64,000 nt of DNA, taken from assembly GCA_964619705.1 (NCBI GenBank), contig CAZUGF010000004.1, forward strand, positions 25,481 to 89,480. The letters are read 5' to 3'. Source of the stretch: an uncultured Bifidobacteriaceae bacterium (GTDB lineage Bacteria > Acidobacteriota > Vicinamibacteria > Vicinamibacterales > UBA2999). The translations under genes were made by a program, and so were the position numbers. Below, in pieces: positions 31,938 through 40,901 of this stretch. The stretch's first letter is position 1. Each line of letters starts with the position of its first letter. The notes under the pieces are model-generated. The model made no database searches. It was not told the DNA's origin and saw only the letters and a list, made by a program, of their open reading frames with translations.

Positions 31938-32935
31938 GGCGCGCCGCACTCCTGACGGCCGCCCTGATGCTGGTCCTGGCGCGGCCCGTGCCGGTCGACG
32001 CGTACCTCAAGTTCGGTTTCGGCATCGACGACCGCACGGTGGACGTCCGCTGGGACACGATGCCCATCCGCTACTTCGTCCACGAGCGGGACGTCCCCGG
32101 CGTCACCGCCGGCGACTTCCGCGCCGCCATCAGCCGCGCCGCGGCCGCGTGGCAGTCGGCGGCGGGCTCGCAGGTCGTGTTCGAGTTCCTCGGCACCACC
32201 GGCTCCTCGCCCGCCAGCATCGACGGCCGCACGACCCTGGGCTTCCTGGACCGGCCGGACCTGGATCGCGTGCTCGGCTCGACGAGCTTCATCCTCGATT
32301 CCTCGACGGGCGCGATCGTCGAGGCCGACATCCTCTTCAATGCCGCGTTCCCCTGGTCGGTGGCGCCGCAGGGGGAACCGGGACGCGTGGACGTGGAATC
32401 GATCGCGCTGCACGAGCTGGGCCACCTGATCGGCCTCGGCCACTCCGCCATCGGCGAGACCGTTCACTCGGACAGCGGCGGGCGTCGCGTGCTCGGGAGC
32501 GGCACGGTGATGTTCCCGATCGCGATGACGCCGGGCGCGATTGCGGATCGGGTCCTCCAGCCGGACGACATGGCCGGCGCCGCCGATCTCTACCCGGACA
32601 CCGACCACCGCGCGCAGACCGGCAGCGTCCGCGGACGCGTGACCCTCAACGGCCGCGGCGTCTACGGTGCGCACGTCGTGGCCTTCAACCCGGCAACCGG
32701 CGCGCTGACGGGCGGGTTCACTCTCAGCGCGGCGGGGGAGTTCGTGATTGCCGGCCTGACGCCGGGGCCGCACGTGCTGCGCGTGGAACCGCTCGACGAC
32801 GGGGACGTGGAGAGCTTCCTCGGCGGGAACGAGGCCGTGGACGTGGACTTCCGCGCCGCCTACGCCCCGCGCATGGTGGTGGCGCCGCGCGGGGGCACCT
32901 CGATGGAGGTCGAGATCCCGGTGGTGCCGAAGTGA
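31934..32935 (+). CDS. Matrixin (M10) family zinc metalloprotease with C-terminal carboxypeptidase-regulatory-like domain
   Basis: ATGA overlap at 31934. Signal peptide present. Zinc motif HELGHLIGLGHS with a downstream Met-turn (GTVMFP). The C-terminus (GSVRGRVTLNGRGVYGAHVVAF...GEFVIAGLTPGPHVLRVE) is CarboxypepD_reg-like. Confidence 0.85.
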   Translation: MRRAALLTAALMLVLARPVPVDAYLKFGFGIDDRTVDVRWDTMPIRYFVHERDVPGVTAGDFRAAISRAAAAWQSAAGSQVVFEFLGTTGSSPASIDGRTTLGFLDRPDLDRVLGSTSFILDSSTGAIVEADILFNAAFPWSVAPQGEPGRVDVESIALHELGHLIGLGHSAIGETVHSDSGGRRVLGSGTVMFPIAMTPGAIADRVLQPDDMAGAADLYPDTDHRAQTGSVRGRVTLNGRGVYGAHVVAFNPATGALTGGFTLSAAGEFVIAGLTPGPHVLRVEPLDDGDVESFLGGNEAVDVDFRAAYAPRMVVAPRGGTSMEVEIPVVPK

Positions 32936-33627
32936 GGGCGGCCGGCGCGACGCTCCTGGCCTGCCTGATCGGTCTCGCTCCAGTCCCGGCCTCGGCCCAG
33001 GACGCCGGGCCATCGCCGCGGCAGGGCCGGCTGACTCTCAGCGGCGGGATGACCTGGCTCGGCGGCTATCCCATCGGGGACTCGTCCGCGCTCCTGCGAT
33101 CGAACGCACGCGGCAGCACGCCACCGCCTTTCACGCTCTTCCGCGCGGAGACGTCCGTGGACCGCACCGTCGGCGGGGAAGCGCGCGTCGGGTTCGCCCT
33201 CACGCGGTCCCTGACCGTCGAGACGGGCGTGAGCGTGAGCCGTCCGTCCCTGACGGTCCGCCTCTCGCAGGACGACGAGGCGCAGCCGGCCACGCTCGAC
33301 GCCGAGCAGTTGTCCCAGTTCATCGTGGATGCGGGCGTGGTGTGGCAACTGCCGGCGCCCGTCCTCGCCGCGCGCCTGCGCCCCTTCGTCTCCGGCGGCG
33401 GCGGCTACCTCCGCCAGTTGTACGACGAGCACACGCTCGTGGAGACCGGGCAGGTGTACTACGTGGGAGGCGGCATGCGCTATTGGATCCGCGGCGGCGA
33501 CGGCGTGAGCCGCGGCCTGGGCGTGCGAGGCGACGTGCGCGCGCTATGGCGCCGGGATGGCGTCGAGTTCGAGGGCCAGTCCCGCGTGGCCCCGACCGTC
33601 ACGCTGATGCTGTTCTGGGAGCCGTGA
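32932..33627 (+). CDS. Putative outer-membrane beta-barrel protein
   Basis: GTGA overlap at 32932. Signal peptide ends PASA-QD. Alternating hydrophobic beta-strand pattern with Gly/aromatic-rich strands (YYVGGGMRYW, GVRGDVRALW). Aromatic residue near the C-terminus (MLFWEP). Confidence 0.5.
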   Translation: MRAAGATLLACLIGLAPVPASAQDAGPSPRQGRLTLSGGMTWLGGYPIGDSSALLRSNARGSTPPPFTLFRAETSVDRTVGGEARVGFALTRSLTVETGVSVSRPSLTVRLSQDDEAQPATLDAEQLSQFIVDAGVVWQLPAPVLAARLRPFVSGGGGYLRQLYDEHTLVETGQVYYVGGGMRYWIRGGDGVSRGLGVRGDVRALWRRDGVEFEGQSRVAPTVTLMLFWEP

Positions 33628-34355
33628 TCGCCTTTCACGACGTCACGTTCGCCTGGCCTCACACGCGCGTCCTGGAGGGCGTCTCGCTGACCGTCGCCCG
33701 TGGCGAGGTAGTGGCTCTCGTCGGGCGGAGCGGCAGCGGCAAGACGACGCTCCTGCGGCTGGTCAACAGGATGTTCAGCCCGACGGCCGGGCGGATCGAG
33801 GTCGACGGCCGCGACGTCGTCGACTGGGATGCGGTGGACCTGCGGCGGCAGACCGGCTACGTCATCCAGGACGTCGGCCTCTTCCCGCACTGGACCGTCG
33901 CGGACAACGTGGCGACCGTCCCGCGCCTGATGGCCTGGCCCGAGGCTCGTGTGCGCGCGCGGGTGGACGAGCTGCTCGCCCTCGTGGACCTGCCGCCGGC
34001 GGCGTTCCGCGATCGGTGGCCGGATCAGTTGTCGGGCGGCCAGCGGCAGCGCGTGGGTCTCGCGCGCGCGCTCGCGGCCGATCCGCCGATCGTCCTGATG
34101 GACGAGCCCTTCGGCGCGGTGGATCCCATCACGCGCGTCGAGCTGCACCGCGAGTTCCAGCGGCTCCAGCGCCAGTTCCCGCGCACGGTCCTGCTGGTCA
34201 CGCACGACCTCGACGAGGCGTGGGCGCTCGCGGATCGCATCGCGGTACTGGACGAGGGTGTGCTGATCGCGTGCGGGGAGCCGGAGGCGCTGGCCGCGTC
34301 GCCGCACCCCGCGGTCCGCCGCCTGCTGGAGAGCCGGTCCGGCCGTCATGCTTGA
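33624..34355 (+). CDS. ABC transporter ATP-binding protein (osmoprotectant/glycine-betaine-choline type, short form)
   Basis: GTGA overlap at 33624. Walker A GRSGSGKTT, signature LSGGQRQR, Walker B IVLMDEPF, H-loop THD. Only 243 aa, with no C-terminal CBS module. Confidence 0.88.
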   Translation: MIAFHDVTFAWPHTRVLEGVSLTVARGEVVALVGRSGSGKTTLLRLVNRMFSPTAGRIEVDGRDVVDWDAVDLRRQTGYVIQDVGLFPHWTVADNVATVPRLMAWPEARVRARVDELLALVDLPPAAFRDRWPDQLSGGQRQRVGLARALAADPPIVLMDEPFGAVDPITRVELHREFQRLQRQFPRTVLLVTHDLDEAWALADRIAVLDEGVLIACGEPEALAASPHPAVRRLLESRSGRHA

Positions 34356-35874
34356 GGACCTCGTCCGCTTCATCGTCGAGCACCGCGCGGAGTTCCTGAC
34401 CCGGACGCTGGAGCACGTCCGGCTTGTCGTCTACTCCGGCGTGCTGGCGGCGCTGATCGGCATCCCGTTCGGTCTGGTGGCCGCACGCCGGCCCGGCCTC
34501 GCGCGCCCCATTGTCGGGCTGGCCAACCTGGCGCAGACCATCCCGAGCCTGGCCCTGTTCGGGTTCCTGATCCCGCTGCCGGTGCTCGGCGGCATCGGGA
34601 CGCGGACGGCGCTCGTCGCCCTCACGCTGTATGCCGTGCTGCCGATTCTGCGCGGCACGATCACCGGCGTCCAGGGGGTGGACCGCGCTGTCGTCGAGTG
34701 CGCGCGGGCCATGGGCATGACGCCGCGCCAGGTGCTCTGGCAGGTCGAGTGGCCGCTCGCGCAGCCGGCCATCCAGGCCGGCGTCCGCGTGGCCGTGGTC
34801 ATCAGCGTCGGCACGGCGACCATCGCGTCCGCCATTGGCGCGGGCGGGCTCGGCGACTATATCTTCCGCGGCCTCGCGATGGTCGACACCACGGTGATCC
34901 TTGCCGGCGCGCTTCCGGCCGCGCTCCTCGCGCTCGGCGCCGACGCGCTGCTGGCCGCGTTCGGCCGCTGGTCGGACCCGCGGCACGGGCGGCGGCCGAT
35001 CGTGGCCGGTGCCGTGGCCGCCGGCCTGGCGCTGGCGCTGCTGTTGTCCTCGCTCGCCGGCCCCGGCGCCGCACGGCCCGTCGTCGTCGCGTCCAAGAAC
35101 TTCACCGAGCAGATCGTGCTGGGCGAGATCCTCGCGCAGCAGATCGAGGACGTCACCGGCGCACGCGTGGAGCGGCGCTTCAACCTCGGCGGCACGGCCA
35201 TCGCGCACGGCGCGCTGGTGGCGGGCGACATCGACGTCTACGTGGAGTACACCGGCACGGCGCTGACGGCCATCTTCGGCGAGCCCGTCTCGTCGGACGG
35301 TGACACGGTGCTGGCGCGCGTCGCGGCACGGTACGCGGATCTCGGGGTGACGGCCTTGCCGCGGCTCGGGTTCAACAACACGTTTGCGATCCTGGTCCGG
35401 GCGGACGCCGCGGCGCGCGAGGGGTTGGCGCGCATCAGCGACCTGGCCCGCGTCGCGCCCCGATGGACGGCGGGCTTCGGCTACGAGTTCCTCGAGCGGC
35501 CGGACGGGTTTGCGGGACTGGCCGCCGCGTACGGGCTGCGGTTTGCCGCGCCGCCGCGCGTGATGGACCTGAACCTGATCTACCGGGCGCTCTCCGCCGG
35601 TGAGATCGACGTGACGGCCGGGGACGCCACGAGCGGCCTCATCGATGCCCTGGATCTCGTCGTCCTCGATGACGACCGGCAGTACTTCCCCGTCTACGAC
35701 GCGGTCCCCGTCGCGCGGGCCGCGCTGCTGCGGGAGCGCCCCGACGTGGAGGCGGCCCTCCGCGCGCTCGGTGGCCGGATCACCGCCTCGGCCATGCGCC
35801 GCATGAACGCCGCCGTGGACAACGAGCGGCGGACGCCGGCTGCCGTGGCGCGGGACTTCCTCGCGGACCGGTAG
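34348..35874 (+). CDS. ABC transporter permease fused to OpuAC/OsmX-type substrate-binding domain
   Basis: The N-terminal ~215 aa is a BPD-type permease (EAA-like ARAMGMTPRQVLWQVEWPLA). The C-terminal ~270 aa is a glycine-betaine-type SBP (VVVASKNFTEQIVLGEILAQ..., DVYVEYTGTAL, GFNNTFAILV). It overlaps the ATPase gene by 8 nt. Confidence 0.85.
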   Translation: MLEDLVRFIVEHRAEFLTRTLEHVRLVVYSGVLAALIGIPFGLVAARRPGLARPIVGLANLAQTIPSLALFGFLIPLPVLGGIGTRTALVALTLYAVLPILRGTITGVQGVDRAVVECARAMGMTPRQVLWQVEWPLAQPAIQAGVRVAVVISVGTATIASAIGAGGLGDYIFRGLAMVDTTVILAGALPAALLALGADALLAAFGRWSDPRHGRRPIVAGAVAAGLALALLLSSLAGPGAARPVVVASKNFTEQIVLGEILAQQIEDVTGARVERRFNLGGTAIAHGALVAGDIDVYVEYTGTALTAIFGEPVSSDGDTVLARVAARYADLGVTALPRLGFNNTFAILVRADAAAREGLARISDLARVAPRWTAGFGYEFLERPDGFAGLAAAYGLRFAAPPRVMDLNLIYRALSAGEIDVTAGDATSGLIDALDLVVLDDDRQYFPVYDAVPVARAALLRERPDVEAALRALGGRITASAMRRMNAAVDNERRTPAAVARDFLADR

Positions 35875-36163
35875 CGCCCGCCGGCGCGCCGGTCCCTGGC
35901 CGGTGGGGGGCGGTCTCGCCCGTGCTCATCCGCCCCATCCCTGTGGGGTTCGCTGCTCCGTGTCCGATCGGGCCTGTGGCGGCCTCGTTACCCGGGGCTC
36001 CGAGCCCGGAACCTCAGCCGTAGGGGCCCGTTGTAACGCTCCCCGAGCCCCGCGACACCATCCTCCAGGCTGCGCTTTTTCGTGTGTCCGGCCGGATGGG
36101 TTTTGTGCTCTGATCCGCTGACCCCCGGCGTTCGCACCACTTGCTATCAAGGAGCGGGTTGCC

Positions 36164-38110
36164 GTGACCGACACACCTCGCCGTCGCGCGTCGAGCGCCC
36201 TCGTTGGTCTTTCCGTTCTCGTCTTCACCGGCGCTCTCGCCTGGACCGCCGTGGCTCCTGGAGTGCCGCTCCATGCCCAGCCGCAACCGGCGGACGACTA
36301 CGGCTACGGCGGCCGCTACCTGACGCCCGAACAGCGTGAGGGCCGTGACACCTGGTACTTCTGGACCGGCGGCAACGAGACGTTCTGGGTCGAGATGAAC
36401 CGGATCACCGAGGGCAACGTCAGCCTGATCAACTACGTGGACAGCCGGCGGCACGGCCGCCGCTTCCGCGAGCTCGGCGCCATCACGCAGCCGGGCTGCG
36501 AGGCCGCCACCGCGCCGGACCAGTACGGGTTGTGGATGGACACCTGCGATCAGCCGCCCGTGCCGGGCATCCCCGGCGAGGCCAGCGGCATCGTCGGGCT
36601 GCGCAAGTTCCCGAACCCCAGGTTCGATGCCGCGAACTGGGATGCGGCGCAGTACCTCGCGCACCCCGGCGACATGCAGCCGCCCTACCTGCTGGGGCTG
36701 ACGTGCGGGTTCTGCCACATCGGGTTCAACCCGCTCGATCCGCCGGAGGACCCCGAGCGGCCGACGTGGGACAACCTGGCGGGCACCATCGGCAACCAGT
36801 ACTGGGAAGAGGGCAAGCTCTTCAGCCTGAACATGAAGCCGGACGACTTCCGCTGGCACGTGGCGGCGCGGCAGGCGCCGGGGACGTCGGACACCTCGCG
36901 CTTCGCGACGGATCACATCAACAACCCGAACGCGATCAACACCATCTTCAACCTCGGCTCGCGCCCGACCACCGAGGAGCGCATGCGCGACGGCACGATG
37001 CGGGCCGTCCATCACATCCTGAAGGACGGGTCGGACTCCGTGGGCGTGGCCGGCGCGTCGCTCCGCGTCTACGTGAACATCGGGATGTGCGGGGACTACT
37101 GGGTGACGCTCCACGATCCCGTGCTCGGCATCGCGCGCCCGCAGGCGCCGTTCGACATGGACCACGCGCGCCAGCACTGCCCGGACTGGGTGGCCACCGA
37201 GGCGCGGATGGACAACGCCGAGGCGTTCCTGAAGACGATGAAGCCGCTGCGCCTGGAGGAGGCCAGGGGCGGCGCGGCGCACCTGACGGCCTCGGCCGAG
37301 ACGCTGGCAGCCGGCCGCCGCGCGTTTGCGGATACGTGCGCCCGGTGCCATTCCAGCAAGCAGCCGCCTGCGGGTACCGCGGACGCCGCGGCCTGGTTCC
37401 GCGAGGCCGTCGAGCGCGAGGACTTCCTCGCCGACAACTTTCTTTCGGACGATCGCCGCTACAGCGTCACCGAGCTCGGGACCAACTCGGCGCGCGCGCT
37501 GGGCACCAACGCGGGGCGCGGCAGCATCTGGGATCAGTTCTCGTCGGAGTCCTACAAGGAGCTGCCGTCGGCCGGCCGCCTGACGGGCCTGTACAACCCG
37601 CAGAACCCCACGAAGCCGATTGACATGGACCTGCCGGGCGGCGGCCGCGGCTACTACCGCACGGCCTCGCTGACCAGCATCTGGGCCACGGCGCCGTACC
37701 TGCACAACAACTCCGTCGGCATCTACGTGAAGGATCCCTCGGTGCGGGGGCGGCTCACCGCGTTCGAGGACGGGATGCGGAAGCTGCTGTGGCCGGAGCA
37801 GCGCCTCGGCGCGCAGTCGATTCCCGTGACCACGGTGGACAGCTGGGTGACGATCAGCGGATCGAGCCGCCGCGTGCGCATCCCCGCGGGCACGCCCGTG
37901 GACTACGTCGCGCGCGTCGACCCGACACGCCTGCCCGACATCATCCGGAACAGCTCGCTCCTCAACCTGTTCTCGGACGAGGCGATCTTCCGCCGCATGC
38001 TGCGGAACAACCGGGCGCCGGACTTCATCCTGGATCGCGGCCACACCTTCGGCGCCGGGCTGCCCGACGCCGACAAGTGGGCGCTCATCGAGTACCTGCG
38101 GACGTTCTGA
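36164..38110 (+). CDS. Large di-haem c-type cytochrome, CCP/MauG/RoxA-like (648 aa)
   Basis: GTG start with AAGGAG 10 nt upstream. N-terminal signal-like segment. Exactly two CxxCH motifs (CGFCH at aa 181-185, nt 36704-36718; CARCH at aa 392-396). Distal motif APYLHNNSV and C-terminal ALIEYLRTF are shared with the two downstream paralogs. Confidence 0.8.
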   Translation: MTDTPRRRASSALVGLSVLVFTGALAWTAVAPGVPLHAQPQPADDYGYGGRYLTPEQREGRDTWYFWTGGNETFWVEMNRITEGNVSLINYVDSRRHGRRFRELGAITQPGCEAATAPDQYGLWMDTCDQPPVPGIPGEASGIVGLRKFPNPRFDAANWDAAQYLAHPGDMQPPYLLGLTCGFCHIGFNPLDPPEDPERPTWDNLAGTIGNQYWEEGKLFSLNMKPDDFRWHVAARQAPGTSDTSRFATDHINNPNAINTIFNLGSRPTTEERMRDGTMRAVHHILKDGSDSVGVAGASLRVYVNIGMCGDYWVTLHDPVLGIARPQAPFDMDHARQHCPDWVATEARMDNAEAFLKTMKPLRLEEARGGAAHLTASAETLAAGRRAFADTCARCHSSKQPPAGTADAAAWFREAVEREDFLADNFLSDDRRYSVTELGTNSARALGTNAGRGSIWDQFSSESYKELPSAGRLTGLYNPQNPTKPIDMDLPGGGRGYYRTASLTSIWATAPYLHNNSVGIYVKDPSVRGRLTAFEDGMRKLLWPEQRLGAQSIPVTTVDSWVTISGSSRRVRIPAGTPVDYVARVDPTRLPDIIRNSSLLNLFSDEAIFRRMLRNNRAPDFILDRGHTFGAGLPDADKWALIEYLRTF

Positions 38111-38121
38111 GGGCCGGTGCC

Positions 38122-39453
38122 ATGCCGCAGGACATCATCTTCACCCCGCTGGCCTTCCGGAGCCTCGCGGTCAAGAACCGCATCTTCCGCTCCAACATCT
38201 CGGGGCGGCTCGACAACTACGACGGCTCCGGCAACCAGGCGCGGATCAACTGGGAGACCAAGTTCGCCCGCGGCGGCGTCGGCGCCATCATCTCGTCGTT
38301 CGTGCCGGTCCACCTCCGCGGGCGCATCCTTCCGAACTACGCGATGATCCACGACGACGGGACGATCCCCTTCTGGCGGGCGCTCGGCCGCGCCGTGCAC
38401 GAGCACGACTGCCGCTACATCCTGCAACTGAGCCACGGCGGCCGGCAGCGGGACATCAACGGCATCGAGTACCCGACCGGGTTGAGCTCCACGGACAAGG
38501 CGGATCCCATCCACGGCTTCCGCTGCGAGCGCATGAGCGTCGCGCAGATCGGCGAGGTGGTCGCGCAGTTCGCGGAGGGCGCGCGGCGCGCACGGGAGGC
38601 GGGCCTGGACGGCGTGGAGCTGCATGGGGCCAACGGCTACCTGATCACGCAGTTCCTGAGTTCCGCCATCAACGATCGGACCGACGACTACGGCGGCAGT
38701 CTCGAGAACCGCGCGCGGTTCGTGCTCGACATCGTGCGCGCCATCCGGCAGCGCGTCGGCCGCGACTTCCACCTCCAGGTCAAGATCAGCGCCGTGGATC
38801 ACGACAATGTGCTCCGGCGCGTGCACCGCGGTTCGGCGGGGAACACGCTGAGCGAGTCGGTGCAGGTGTGCCGCTGGCTGGAGGCGGCGGGCGTGGATGC
38901 GATCCACGTGTCCACGGGCAGCTTCTTCCCCCACCCGAAGAACCCGCTCGGCCGCGACCTGCCGGTCGACGACCTGGCGGCGTCCTACGACACGATGCTG
39001 TCGAGCGGGGAGCGAACGTTCCTCAACTACCTGCTCTTCCGGGGCCTGACCGGCCAGATCGCGCGCAACGCCTGGAACGAGGCCGCGGGCGATCGGGATC
39101 ACATCGAGGGATCCAACCTCGGGTACGCGAAGTCCATCCGGACGGCCGTCGGCATCCCGGTCATCTGCACGGGCGGGTTCCAGACCGCCTCGTTCATCCG
39201 CGACGCCATCACGCGCGGCGACTGCGATGCGGTGAGCGCGGCCCGTCCGCTCGTCGCGAACAACGATCTCGTGCTGCAGTTCGCGCGCGGGCGTGACCAG
39301 GCCGAGAAGCCCTGCACCTACTGCAACCGCTGCCTCGTCAACGCCGTGGAGAACCCGATCGGGTGCTACGACGTCTCGCGGTTCGCCTCGCGGGAAGCCA
39401 TGGTGGAGGAGATCATGTCCGTCTTCCAGCCCCCGCCCTTCACGGAGGCCTGA
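38122..39453 (+). CDS. Old Yellow Enzyme-family NADH:flavin oxidoreductase domain protein with C-terminal Cys cluster
   Basis: OYE TIM-barrel motifs (LQLSHGGRQ, GVELHGANGYLITQFLSSAINDRTDDYGGSLENRARF, ICTGGF, DAVSAARPLVANNDL). It ends with CTYCNRCLVNAVENPIGC (C-x2-C-x2-C-x10-C). 443 aa, no signal peptide. Confidence 0.88.
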   Translation: MPQDIIFTPLAFRSLAVKNRIFRSNISGRLDNYDGSGNQARINWETKFARGGVGAIISSFVPVHLRGRILPNYAMIHDDGTIPFWRALGRAVHEHDCRYILQLSHGGRQRDINGIEYPTGLSSTDKADPIHGFRCERMSVAQIGEVVAQFAEGARRAREAGLDGVELHGANGYLITQFLSSAINDRTDDYGGSLENRARFVLDIVRAIRQRVGRDFHLQVKISAVDHDNVLRRVHRGSAGNTLSESVQVCRWLEAAGVDAIHVSTGSFFPHPKNPLGRDLPVDDLAASYDTMLSSGERTFLNYLLFRGLTGQIARNAWNEAAGDRDHIEGSNLGYAKSIRTAVGIPVICTGGFQTASFIRDAITRGDCDAVSAARPLVANNDLVLQFARGRDQAEKPCTYCNRCLVNAVENPIGCYDVSRFASREAMVEEIMSVFQPPPFTEA

Positions 39454-39455
39454 TC

Positions 39456-40901
39456 GTGAATCCCACGCGTCCCGGGCTCACGCGGATTGCCTGGGCTGCC
39501 GCCTGGGCGGCGGCCGCCACGGGGCTCTGCGCCGCGCTCGCGGCGGCGGGCGCCACGGCGCGCGTGTCGGCGCAGGACGACATCGTCGCGCACTTCAAGT
39601 ACGGGTCCGTCGGCACGGAGGCGACCGTCGGCGTGCCGTACGCGCTGTGGCGCGTCCTCCCGATTGTGTTCGCGGACAAGCTTCCGGCCCGGCCCGGCGA
39701 GGGCTACGAGCGCCTCGGATTCGTCTACGAGCCGGATGCCCCGCGCGGACGGCCCATCGGGACCACCTATGTCGAGGCGCGCGTACCGCTCGTGGGCCTC
39801 AACTGCGCGACGTGCCACACGGGGACGCTCCGCGAGTCGCCATCGGGACCCAGGCGGATCATCCCGGGCATGCCGGCCCACCAGATGGACCTGCAGGCCT
39901 ATGCGAACTTCCTGACCGCGTGCGCCAGCGACCCGCGGTTCGACGCGGCGACCCTGATTGAGGCGATGCGGGCGCAGGATCCGGCGTTCTCGTGGCTGAG
40001 CTCGCTGCTCTACCGGTTCGTCGTCATCAAGCGCACGCGTGACGGGATCCTGGAGCGGGCGCAGATGAACGCGTGGTTCGACGCGCGGCCGCCGCAGGGC
40101 CCGGGGCGCGTGGACACGTTCAATCCCTACAAGCGCCTCTTCGGCTTCGACATGGGGGCCGACGCCACGGTGGGAACCGCCGACCTGCCGCCGCTCTTCA
40201 ACCAGCGGCCGCGGCAGGGCATGTGGCTCCACTGGGACGGCAACAACGACAGCGTGGAGGAGCGCAACAAGAGTGCGGCCATCGGCGCGGGGGCCACCGA
40301 GGCGTCGCTGGACCTCGCGTCGCTCGATCGTGTCGCGGCGTGGACGCTGGACCTGAAGGCGCCGGTCTACCCGGCGGACCGCATCGACCAGCTGCGCGCG
40401 GCCGAGGGCGCCGCCATCTACGCGCGTGCGTGCGCGCGCTGCCACGCGATGGACGGCGAGGCGGTCGGGCAGGTGACACCGCTGACGGAGATCGGGACCG
40501 ATCCCGAGCGGGTCCAGTCCTTCACGGCCGCGCTCGCCGCGCGCATGAACACGATCGGCACGGGACGGCCCTGGCAGTTCGCGCACTTCCGCAAGACGGA
40601 CGGCTACGCGAACATGCCGCTCGACGGTGTCTGGCTGCGCGCCCCCTACCTGCACAACGGGTCCGTGCCCACGCTGCGCGCGCTCCTGTTCCCGAGCGAG
40701 CGTCCGCGCGTCTTCTATCGCGGGTACGACGTGTATGACTGGGACCGCGTCGGCTTCGTCGCGGAAGGGCCGGAGGCGGAGGCCAACGGCGTCCGCTTCG
40801 ACACGAGCCTTCGCGGCAACGGGAACGGCGGCCACACCTACGGGCAGGAACTGTCGGCGACCGAGCGCGGCGCGCTCATCGAGTTCCTGAAGACGCAATG
40901 A
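39456..40901 (+). CDS. Di-haem c-type cytochrome, CCP/MauG-like paralog
   Basis: The GTG at 39456 has GGAGG 7 nt upstream. Signal peptide ends ARVSA-QD. CATCH and CARCH motifs; APYLHNGSVPTLRALL; C-terminal ALIEFLKTQ. The N-terminal HFKYGSVGTEA..GVPYALWRVLP is shared with the next gene. Confidence 0.82.
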   Translation: MNPTRPGLTRIAWAAAWAAAATGLCAALAAAGATARVSAQDDIVAHFKYGSVGTEATVGVPYALWRVLPIVFADKLPARPGEGYERLGFVYEPDAPRGRPIGTTYVEARVPLVGLNCATCHTGTLRESPSGPRRIIPGMPAHQMDLQAYANFLTACASDPRFDAATLIEAMRAQDPAFSWLSSLLYRFVVIKRTRDGILERAQMNAWFDARPPQGPGRVDTFNPYKRLFGFDMGADATVGTADLPPLFNQRPRQGMWLHWDGNNDSVEERNKSAAIGAGATEASLDLASLDRVAAWTLDLKAPVYPADRIDQLRAAEGAAIYARACARCHAMDGEAVGQVTPLTEIGTDPERVQSFTAALAARMNTIGTGRPWQFAHFRKTDGYANMPLDGVWLRAPYLHNGSVPTLRALLFPSERPRVFYRGYDVYDWDRVGFVAEGPEAEANGVRFDTSLRGNGNGGHTYGQELSATERGALIEFLKTQ

